A stretch of 64,000 nt of DNA from Ascidiella aspersa (taxonomy: Eukaryota). The notes under the pieces are model-generated. The model did not search any database. It was not told the origin of the DNA and was given only the letters and a program-made list of their open reading frames with translations. Positions 13,901 through 23,995 of the stretch are shown piece after piece (the stretch's first letter is position 1; every line of letters starts with the position of its first letter). A program made the translations under genes and the position numbers. The stretch spans positions 9,610,001 to 9,674,000 of the forward strand of contig OZ004613.1 in the NCBI GenBank assembly GCA_963924565.1. The letters are read 5' to 3'.

Positions 13901-16111
13901 TAGGAGATTCAAACAACACCAATAAGGATTGCTCTACTTTATATAATTGCCTTTTAAAAGTGGTTGAAAAAAAGTAATGATTGTCGTAGGAATGTAATGT
14001 TTTTACTTAAAAATAGCCGTTAGTCGCTAAGTCAGGGTGTTTAAGCTATAGGATATATTTGTCTAACCTACTTCAGGGGGTATCAAATATCACGGTATAC
14101 GACATACGATAACATGGTAATAGTAAAAACAACGAGCCGTTAGCTTGTTAGTGTGCACCAAAAACTGATGTTTAAGAACCTGGTTTAAATCACTAAACAA
14201 GTGAACTATCTGAAAAACGATTAAACAACGTTACGCTTTGATTGTCTCATGTCATTACGGTATAGGCCCTATCATATAGGGTACGAGTATTTTTTTTAAG
14301 TTCAGAGGGCAAGGACATAAATATTTAGAAACAACTGCTATACGCCATTTTAGATTCTAGCGGAACTTTGTAAGATGAGTTAGGCCGCTCTCTAAATGTT
14401 AGCAGTAATGGGTCTGTTTGAAAACAACAAGAAATCGTGTCTAGGGTTTTTTTCCATCGTACAGTCGTCAACCATGAAAACCGAAAAATATTTGGGTTCT
14501 AGCCCATCTGAAGCTGCTTTTGATCAAGGTTTACGTTTGAACCTCACTGCAGGCTAGGTTATATTTCTAGCCTGCCTTGCTTGTATCATTGATCGACCGA
14601 CTCGGTGAGTCTGCGACGGCTTTCGTTGTACGTATGGCTAACGTAATAAGATTTGGAACACCAGCGCAAAAAAATCGCCCAACTGGCAGTTTATATTTAT
14701 TTCCCTTGTTTTCTACACCAAAGGCCTAGTTGTACACCGAGTAGGCGCATACTGTGTTGGACAGACGGGCTCTATTCACTAAGCAGCGTGAGTAGCCCCT
14801 TAGGAATTTGAGCAATAAATTTTGGGGTATTATAAACTAACAGAGCATCCGATTGAGAAAAGCATTCCTTTCTCGGTTGTCATTCGGCACACTGGAATCC
14901 AATTGAGACAAAACAACTGGCCTGTTGTTAATAGAGGAGATACTGCATCAATGTACTGCAAATTCGGTGAAATAGACATTTCTTTCCACAAACGTTTGAT
15001 CTTGTATATTACTCAGGTTAGGTACCTTTGAGTTTAACTGTTCTATATACGGGTCAATGTAGTATTAAAACTGGCTGAGAGAGGTTGTCAGTCGTCACGG
15101 AAGCATTAAATATCAACGTAAATTTAAGAGCTACTGCGTACAAGTTTTGTCAAAGTCAAGGAACTCCGAATATACGGTTTCTTCAATTTTTTTCTTCAAA
15201 CAAGAGAAGGAAAACCAATCATTTAGCCAAAATTTAACATCACAAGACAAGTCTAATTTTATAGTAAGCTTTCAAATCCGCACGAAGTGCGTTTCAAATC
15301 CGCACGAACACTTTTTTATCGTTTTGTCACTAGAAAACAAAAAATATCTGGCTTCCTCTGTTGGAGTTTCAAAATCATGCTTTTAGAAAATTTACGATTT
15401 GTTGCTCGTTTATAAATAAGCGCTTAACAGGACACAGCAGTCTATAAAAAAATACAGAAACAAAATGCGTTTGACAGCCTAGCGGGTAATCAAGTATTTT
15501 TTATCGTAAAGCCACACGGAACTGTAAAAGGAACGCCATCATAAAAGCGTGATTGAACCACAGAATTCGAAAGCAACGAAGCGTGAGTTTAGGAAAAGTC
15601 CCACTCTCTGTCTTTGCCGGCAATGTCCGTAACTTTTACGTATAGAGCCCTGTCCTTGGTATGTTTACACAACCGAAGAAAATGGAATTTCGTCGCCCTT
15701 GGCACACTGATAAATGTAAAGGCGTCAACCGAAACGTTTCTACCTAATGTTTCATCTTTACAATGACGTCATTACGATACTCAAACAAGCAAAATAGTTA
15801 AGATTGAAACGATCAAAGGCATTTTTTCCAGGTTATTAGGTTAAAACTTGCATTCGCGTGAATGAATTTGGTTGGCTCCAGTTTTTAACCTATATACTAT
15901 TTTTTGACGAATTCAACTTCCAAGTAAAAATCGCCGCTTTGGGTCGCAAATCATAGCTGGAATCCCTATCTTAATTCGGCATCGGATCGGCACCGATACC
16001 GCCCTAGTATCGGACGATAGCGATACTGCCAAATGGAATCGGGTATCGGCTTTGATCCGATATTATCGGACATCCCTATATACAAGCCTACAGCAAATTC
16101 ACCTGTATGTG

Positions 16112-16340
16112 AACAACAAAACTTAAAGTTTAAAAAAACGAGTGAAACCAGGATCAGACATTTTTTAAAGGAATATATTTCGCCAATGCTAGCATAATCA
16201 GTTTCTTATTCAAATAGAATCTAGATCCTGGTTTTACTCGGGTTTTTAAACTTTGGGTTTTATCGTTAAATGCGCGTCAACCTAACAGTGATCGGCAAGC
16301 AGAAACCTGCTGCCAATGCTTTTGGATTCCATAAAGATAC
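16112..16340 (-). mobile_element. Palindromic hammerhead element carrying an exact spliced-leader sequence
   Basis: Inverted arms 16112-16155 and 16224-16267. On the minus strand: ATTCTATTTGAATAAG (16220-16205), aaa, CTGATTA-t-gcta gcat tggc-GAAA-TATA. Arms and tail are homologous to 39063-39287. Confidence 0.8.
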
Positions 16341-16352
16341 GCCCTTTTATAC

Positions 16353-16474
16353 CTGTATATGAGTTCGGTGAGCATTAGAAAGCACTTGTCTACGTTGATG
16401 CTCTGTTTGGCCGAGACCTCGACGAAAAGCATCTTGTGAAGGCGGGCAAACGCACTCGCTTCTTCGGCTGAAAC
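16353..16474 (-). CDS. RAB39: Rab39 coding exon 4
   Basis: ttccag| ... |gtataa. Translates VSAEEASAFARLHKMLFVEVSAKQSINVDKCFLMLTELIY with G5 EVSAK. Confidence 0.93.
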
Positions 16475-17196
16475 CTGGAAATCGACGAGTGGTTAGCTTT
16501 AAACAACCTCGTTGTGTTGCGCTAAGGCCGAGCTGTTAACGCAGTGCAAAATTATGTATCTTACTTTGGATCATTTCATTTTGTCTTGTTCGTTTAATTC
16601 ACTTAACGTCAATTAATCTGTTATGTTCCTTTCTAAATTTGCGCTTCCCCCCTATGACAACTTGTTGTCAGTGTGCGCGCTAGCCGCTGTGCTACAAATT
16701 GAGCCTTGTGTTGGTGTTCGCGTCACACGGCCACTCTGATATCATAAACACTAATATTTAAGTTTTAGAGCGACATCCGGTCAGTGACAGGCCGCCAAGC
16801 AGAGAATAAATGTGGCGACAACTTTAATACCCGGGATCGTTGCATGTAAGTTAACTCCAATCTTTGGGTATGTGGCAATCCGAAAATTAAAAGACAAATA
16901 AATTTATAAATTTGTCACATGAAGACAATTTTGCTTTTTAATTTGGCAAAAATTATAGTATTAGTAACTGGATTTTATTGGCTGCCTGTTTGGCAATGTT
17001 AAACAACCCCGCAGCGAATTAATTTTTCCTTATAAACCGAGAAAAAACAATTTAAAACAAATAACTCATCACAAATACTACCAATTCTAAAAAAATGCAA
17101 GTACTTCAAAATGCCTCACAAATCAGAGATTTCGACGACTGCTCGAGACGAGCAATACCAAAAAAAGATAGGTAAACAGTTAAGCACAAAGCTCAC

Positions 17197-17377
17197 CTTG
17201 CGCTCGCTTTCAAGGTCACACTTCTGTCCGACAAGGACAAAACTGAGGACGCGAGGGGCCACGTGGAACCGGGCCTCGTCGGCCCACGACTGTAAGTGCT
17301 CGAAGCTGTCGCGGTTTGCAACATCGTAGACCAGGACCGCGCCGGCAGAGTTGCGATAGTACGACTGGGTTATCGAC
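17197..17377 (-). CDS. RAB39: Rab39 coding exon 3
   Basis: ttgcag| ... |gtgagc. Translates SITQSYYRNSAGAVLVYDVANRDSFEHLQSWADEARFHVAPRVLSFVLVGQKCDLESERK. Confidence 0.95.
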
Positions 17378-18110
17378 CTGCAACAATCGGGACACGGTTA
17401 TTTGTTGAATTGTTTACTGTTATGTGCGCGGTTTGTTATATGTACCGTTGTAAGTATATGCAAAAAAATTGCCAACGCTTTCAGGGTTAGTTTTTATGTT
17501 CAAGTCGATAAAACACTCTTGGAGTATATCTGTGCTTTAAATTCTGAAAATAACTCGTAGAAGTTAAGTGGGCTGACCTCGCTTTTTGATAGGTGCTGTT
17601 GTTTTATTGTCGCCCGTCTTTCGATTTGATGTTTAAGCGTAATAAAAATAATGGGACATGGTTAAATTAGAGGGCCAAATTAGCTGCTCTGATTTGAGGC
17701 CCCAGTTTTAGAAGTTATAATATTGAAAGGTATAATGAAGGTCGAGTCATACGACCGGTGGTATTTAAATGGGTGACTGAAATGCACTAAGTCGGTGTTT
17801 TCAACTGACTTGAGTGCGCATTTAAGTAGCTTTACATGTTACTTAACTTGACCAGCCACTTTATTTGAATAACTTTACTTAGGTTTTAGTCATTTAGGCA
17901 AACGCTTTGACTCGGATTTTAAGTTATTAAAGCAAATAATTTGACTTGGTATTCAGTAATTTAGGCTAACAATTTGACTATGTCTTAAGTAATTCGATGC
18001 AAATTGACTCAAAGTCTTTTAATTAAAGGAGTGTTTAATTTTTGATTAGTTGGTCGTTTAATTGCATTTTTGCACATAAAACATTGCATGCTGCGTTTTA
18101 TAGTTTAGAC

Positions 18111-18523
18111 CAGCGGTTCCCAAACTAGGGTCCGCGGACCAAATGGGGTCCGTACAGCAGTTTCAGAGGGTCCGCAAGGAGAATTAGTCTTTTAAGTATT
18201 TTAACATTAGGCTTCAACGAATCTTTTTAAACATTATCTGTCATCATTATTGTCTTTAGTTATGCTTTATTATTCGATCATATGCCGTGTTTTATGATGT
18301 CTATTGTGACATCATAAAGCATCTATTATACTGTACTACCTGCTATCAGCAAATCGTTCGTATTAGTCAGAAAGTTGTTACATTAGAAAGAATCGTGACT
18401 GCACTAGTGTACTACAAGAAACATGGGTCAACTGACCCTTGAAATTTTATAGGGCCGCGAAATATCAAAATAATTGCAACGGGTCATCCAGGGAATTTTT
18501 TTAGAAAAGTTTGGGAACCGCTG
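18111..18523. mobile_element. hAT (Buster-type) MITE
   Basis: Perfect 16-bp TIR cagcggttcccaaact; perfect 8-bp TSD gtttagac. Confidence 0.92.
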
Positions 18524-19151
18524 GTTTAGACTATTACGTCGTTTCAAAATAAAAGGAGTCAATGTTAGGGATTTCGTCAATTTAGGGTTTTTATTTTCGA
18601 CTTGAAGTTTGGCTTCCTATTTCGGTTTGTTTTCTTTCGGCAACCCGCTGTAATAAAGTCAACATACAAATTGATTAATTTATTGAAAATATTAATTAAT
18701 TTTTGTTGTGTGAAACATCGCGCTAAAAGCAAGTTTAAAATGTTAAGAACGGGGCCCATAATAACAATACCACAATTCCCAAAATCGGCTTGCCCGGAGA
18801 TAAACCCTTTTATTGCGTCCATAGCCTGCTCTTATGCTCTCATAAACTGAAGATTTTATATTTAAATCGAACAAAATTGTGCCGTCTACGTCTATACATT
18901 TCCTGAGACGCCAAGACACGTTTTAAATAGACATACTTTTTAAGAGAAAGACCAAGAAAACAAAACGAACTCCGGTGACACGAGTTTATTCGAGATTTAA
19001 TTCGTCTTGACTAACAACGCAATTTACTTGGAATTAAGAATAAATCATCGAAAAAATGCAAAACTGTGAAAATTAAATAGATTAATAAGAACTCTGACAC
19101 CAGCCTAACCTAAACGACAACTCTTTAAAAAAATTAAAAAAATAGCTTGAC

Positions 19152-19261
19152 CTGAATCGTTCTTGACCTGCAGTGTCCCAAACTTGCAATTTGACACGAG
19201 TGGATGGTGCGATTTCGACCAGCCTTGAGTAAAAGTCAACTCCCACTGTTGGGTCAGAAAC
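19152..19261 (-). CDS. RAB39: Rab39 coding exon 2
   Basis: acgcag| ... |gtcaag. Translates [36 protein letters not shown], with the Rab39 effector loop SDPTVGVDF and G3 WDTAGQE. Confidence 0.95.
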
Positions 19262-20250
19262 CTGCGTTACACATTAAAACTTGGTTAGAAGAACTATTTA
19301 CGGCACAGGTGGCGGCGGTTATGGACAGATTGACTTTACAACAAATCACAGCAGGATTTTGAGGGTACTTGTGCTTTGAAATTTTATTCAAATTGCCCTA
19401 AAATTGGTTCCAGTCCGTGTTTAAGGGAATCTCCAGGCAGATACAATTTTCAATTTAAAATGTAACGTATATTATACAAAGTGAGCAGTTAGAAAAATTT
19501 TAATGACATAGATTTGAACTTAGGCTACAAGATAGTAATTTATTATACAGCAAGGTGGCTATGTTGCTTAATTTTATAGGTAAGTCATACACGTAAAAGT
19601 GACAATGTTTGATAAAAATGTGCAGCTTAATGTAAATATTTGAAGGACAATGTTTCCTATAGTTCTGTGGCCTATTTAACTTGTAAACTACTGTAGGGCA
19701 ATGGCCCATGGAACCACTGGTTCTGTATAAATATATTGGAACGGGTTGGAATCCAAGCCCACATGAGAAAACACAATGATTTAACCACGGTTTGTGTTTG
19801 CTTGTATGGTTATTACAAATGGATGCTTCAATCCAACAGTGTTTTGGTTTTTACAATTGAGTTTTGCTGTAAATTGCCTTTTAACTGTAAAAGTATTTTT
19901 TTTTTGTCTTAGACATTTCCAAATTGCAATATTCCTAATAAGCGCTGGTTGGAATAATGGTATGTTGTGCAACTTATGCTTGTGATGAAGACAGTAAACT
20001 GTCATGTTTGAGGTTAGGTTGTGTACCAGGTTATGACCAATACAAATACAGTGGTTAATTTTTAACCATGACAGCAGAAATATTGTCACTTGCACGTCTT
20101 ATCATTCCCAAAGGCATTACAATCGTTGGCTTCACTCAACAATGCATATTGATTGAGATCATTGTGCCAGTAATTATTGAGAAAAAATGTGACACACCAT
20201 ATGGCTGGCGAGAAAATACAATTAGCACTGATTAATAACTAGGTAAAAAC

Positions 20251-20522
20251 CAGTGCTTCCCAACCGTTTTCAGTTTGTGACCCACTTTTAATGCAAGTTT
20301 AATTGTGCGACCCACAATAAGATAGGACCAAACAAATAAAGTTCCTTAAAACCTGCATTTTTACTCCTGGCATACATACTGAAAATAGTTAATGCTACAC
20401 AACACATCTAATTATTACTTATTTGTGATTGTTGCATATATATATATATGTTATGTATTGTTAATGCAATAATTTTCTGATCTAATAGAAATCTAGAACA
20501 TTCCACTGGTTGGGAAGCACTG
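20251..20522. mobile_element. hAT (Buster-type) MITE
   Basis: Perfect 15-bp TIR cagtgcttcccaacc; TSD gtaaaaac / gtataaac. Confidence 0.88.
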
Positions 20523-20729
20523 GTATAAACAATACATTACAACAGCAACATGGGTACATGGAAGGTACTGCAAAATTGATTATCAAATCAATCAAAATTA
20601 TCTAGGCTGCATATTATTTCTATATATACAGGTTGTATACTTGGGAGTGTTAAGTGCAGAATAATCTTTTTTTAAACCAATAATTCTTTGGAATTGCAAT
20701 TTATCTATATTTATACATAAAAATCAAAC

Positions 20730-20855
20730 CTCTAGAAAGCATCCATCTGTAAATCTTCGTATAAGTGCCGATTTGCCAACGGTAGAATCACCAAGCAAAA
20801 CTATTCGAAACTGATAGACCCAGATGGCATCTGAGCTAGCAACTAAGTCACCCAT
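20730..20855 (-). CDS. RAB39: Rab39 coding exon 1
   Basis: MGDLVASSDAIWVYQFRIVLLGDSTVGKSALIRRFTDGCFLE|gtttga, with the Rab39-type IWxYQFR and P-loop GDSTVGKS. The five exons sum to 669 nt = 222 aa plus stop. An acceptor (tttttttcag) lies 1 nt before the ATG. Confidence 0.95.
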
Positions 20856-21236
20856 GCTGAAAAAAACACCAAACGAGTTAAAGCAACAGAAATTTGTCAA
20901 CAAAGCAACCCTGAATTGCTTATAAATTAAAATATAGAGTATGCACAGTAGAAAACATTGGATAGCATGAAAACGAATTGTTTTACAATCAAAACATTTG
21001 GTTTGTTGGGTATTTTGAAGAAATTAAGAGAGATTATTAAAAAACGTATCTTTTAAATTTGGTATAAAAATGAGAAATTAGTTATGAACATAGACAATTT
21101 ACAACCGGTAAACTGATTTGCACAAAATAAAAAACAATTTTTAAAAAATAACAGGAAAACAAGCACAGCAGACTTTTTACACTTTGTACAAGTTAAGAAG
21201 AGGGGTGATTTTATTGTGTTGGATTTGAAAGTACAC

Positions 21237-21323
21237 AGAAATATTTATAGGAGGGATATAGTGAGTTATGATATAGAAATATTTATAGGAGGGATGTAGC
21301 GAATTATGATATAGAAATATTTA
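21237..21323. repeat. 38-bp tandem repeat, about 2.3 copies
   Basis: agaaatatttataggagggat(a/g)tag(t/c)ga(g/a)ttatgatat repeated directly. Confidence 0.9.
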
Positions 21324-22393
21324 CATTAGTAAATAGTATTGGGTTATTAATTAATTACCAAGTTTTAAGCAATGGATATTTACTTAGCTGCCAATAAAAC
21401 AGCAAAGCATCTTTTTTGGTAGCTATACAATATGGCGCATACAACACAAGTTGAAAGACATCCTGCTGTCCCACAAGGTAAAAGACAATAAATGCTGACA
21501 TCCGCAATGAGAAGAAACCCTTAAAATCACTTCACACTTCATTTAAACAATAAAAGTCTCATACAAGCAGACTTCCAATTTAAAATGTTGAAATACATCA
21601 GACTGATGCACAAAACAGTTAAAAAAATGTTTGAAGTAAATAAAAATGCGTTGGTTGACTGGGCTGGCTTTAAAGAATACAATGCATAACTGTCAGCAAC
21701 TCGCATAAAAAATTAAATGCAGATTGCCGTAATTATTAAAGCACAATAAGATAAAACCATTGTTTTACTGTAAGAGTCTGCAGACCATACAAGAGTCCGT
21801 ACAAACACATGACCAATGAGTGTGTTTTAGTACAGATATAACAGTACACAAAACCTATTGCAACTTTTATTAACACAATACAAAATTAAACCAATATTTT
21901 CTAAACGTTAAACCGTTAATAAAGATTGTGTATGACAAATAAGTAAAGAGTTTTAAAATGAACTACTTTTAACTACATTCAGACACCAATAAATACAATT
22001 GGAACTTGGTATGGTAAATTAGGTAAAATTAATTATCATTAGTTTTTTTCAATTGAGATTTTTTATAACAATTCTAAGCTGGCAGGAAAACAGAAAAATA
22101 AATCAGTACAAATATAATGTTTTTTACCAAGTGTTTTAAAGAGATTTTATAATGTGCTGTTAATATATTGAAATTTTTTAAAGCAATGAAAAACGGCATT
22201 TTGTTAAACGAGAAAAGTCTTTGAATGAAATTTATAGGCTGAAGGCATTTAAATTATTGTTGGTCAACCTAAATGGCTCTTGTAAGTTTATCGAAGTCCT
22301 GAGTTTTTAAAGACTATTAATTTATTAAGCTTATTTCTAATATTACAAGAAATTTAAGGCACATACACATAAAGTGAAACATGTATTAACATT

Positions 22394-23995
22394 TTACATG
22401 GGCTCTGCTGTTGTTAGATTTTGCATTTCAACTTTTTTGACAATGCCATTTTGCTGTTTCTTTTTGTTTTTCGTGCTCAAAAGCATCAATACAGGGTGGA
22501 TGTAGGTCAGGGCACATACAACAACAAAGGCAATGTTGACAGCTAAAAAGTCCTCTTCCAAATGACGAAGAACCAAGCTGAATAAGGGAAACTGCAACAA
22601 GGTAACAACACCGGCCAATGTCATGGTAGCGCCGTACAGCTTGCCAAAGTGTTGCACTGGGAAGGTAAAAGCTATAAAGCTGGCATTTCCGCCGTACAAA
22701 AAGGAACGGAAGACCACCTGCAACACAAAGGAAATGTACTGGAGTTGGGCAATTGGAATTGAGATGACTATTGAGAACAAAACGCCGAGAGTTGTGGTTG
22801 TAAAGGCAGAAACAGCTATTGCCTTTGGAGAGCTAGTTGCTGCCCCTTCAGGTGTCTTACTGAAAAATTTCTTCGATCCATCAATAAGAAGTCCGTTTAG
22901 AGGTGCAGTGAGTACACCGAAGAATTGGCAAACACCAAAAATATTTATGTAGCTGTCGATTTCGGACGGAGGGATTTGGTTGGACGCAATAATGCCGGTC
23001 ATCCATTTGAAAAAGGTACCGAGGAAAAAGTAATTTCTCAGTTGTAAAACACTCATGTGAAAAAGATTGGTCCAAAACGGCCTTGTCTTCATGCAGTCAA
23101 TAAAAGACAACTCATCCGATGAAGATTTAACAACTACTGATGAGTTAGTATCATTGGGTGCAGTTGCATCTTCAGCAGATATACTGTCTTGCAATTGCAC
23201 CTTACTTTGGTCCAAAGTATTTTCCTGCTTCTGGCAGCATTCTTGCATGCCATATTTATATTTACCTTTGGGAAGCGGAAACGGAATGTGCATGCGAGGC
23301 ATGAGAAGAATGGTACGGGCCCATTGAAACACAGTGCAAATGGCAATGAATTGAAATATGGCACTGAAACTAATTCCCTGGTCGTACACAAGTTTAACAA
23401 TCAAAAAAACGAATGAGGAAGAATCTAAAGCCCCGTTGAGAATGGTTATCACCGAAGACCGGGCTGAACCAAACAAATTACCCAGCTGCATGTTAGTAAC
23501 CAAAAGCAGAATACCGCCGATCGATATACAGCATGTGGCAGGATATAAAATCCATGATGTTGCAATGGTCGAAATTGAAACCAAAGCACAGCCGCAAGTA
23601 AACAGAAGGATGGCTATTACCCTGGAAACCCAAGTGCCAAATCGATCAAACAAGAAACCGTTTGGCAGAGTGGAAAACGAAAGTGCCCCACTAGCAATCG
23701 TAAATACCAGGTTGATGTTTTCCTCTTGTGCCTTGCATTTTTGCGGAGGGCTCTCAGTAGCAGCAGTGGTTGAAATGTTAGGATCTAAAGTCGTGAAAGA
23801 AACAGATGGGACAGCAGTCGTCACTGAGGAGTTAAGACTGGCCGGTACCTGGTCCTGCTGGCAGTAGTTGCTGAAGTAACCTTCTTTTTCCAATACATAA
23901 TTTATTGATGACCACCCGAATATTAGGCCACTGAACAGAAGGCCCTCAATAATTGCTGTGATCAAGCTTAAAAGGTACAAAGCATTGAACTTCAT
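22394..23995 (-). CDS. SLC43A3: SLC43A3-like (ENBT1) MFS transporter, intronless CDS, about 533 aa
   Basis: Long ORF with many hydrophobic segments and SLC43 motifs (FGWSS..VL..EGYF..YC, CKAQ, GFLFDRFG, TNMQLGNLFG..RS.VIT..NGALDSSS, LLMPR.HIPFPLP, HFGKLYG). Start taken as the first ATG (MKFNALY), about 26-35 nt after acceptor-like AGs; the track's start at 24046 is TTG. Confidence 0.9.
   Translation of the reverse strand: MKFNALYLLSLITAIIEGLLFSGLIFGWSSINYVLEKEGYFSNYCQQDQVPASLNSSVTTAVPSVSFTTLDPNISTTAATESPPQKCKAQEENINLVFTIASGALSFSTLPNGFLFDRFGTWVSRVIAILLFTCGCALVSISTIATSWILYPATCCISIGGILLLVTNMQLGNLFGSARSSVITILNGALDSSSFVFLIVKLVYDQGISFSAIFQFIAICTVFQWARTILLMPRMHIPFPLPKGKYKYGMQECCQKQENTLDQSKVQLQDSISAEDATAPNDTNSSVVVKSSSDELSFIDCMKTRPFWTNLFHMSVLQLRNYFFLGTFFKWMTGIIASNQIPPSEIDSYINIFGVCQFFGVLTAPLNGLLIDGSKKFFSKTPEGAATSSPKAIAVSAFTTTTLGVLFSIVISIPIAQLQYISFVLQVVFRSFLYGGNASFIAFTFPVQHFGKLYGATMTLAGVVTLLQFPLFSLVLRHLEEDFLAVNIAFVVVCALTYIHPVLMLLSTKNKKKQQNGIVKKVEMQNLTTAEPM

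Noticed and set aside
16205-16220. SL RNA gene
   Set aside because: The SL 16-mer is followed by AAACTGA, not a GT donor and Sm-site intron, and is not in a tandem array.
22623-23867. Plus-strand ORFs of 75-169 aa
   Set aside because: Antisense shadows of the SLC43A3 CDS.
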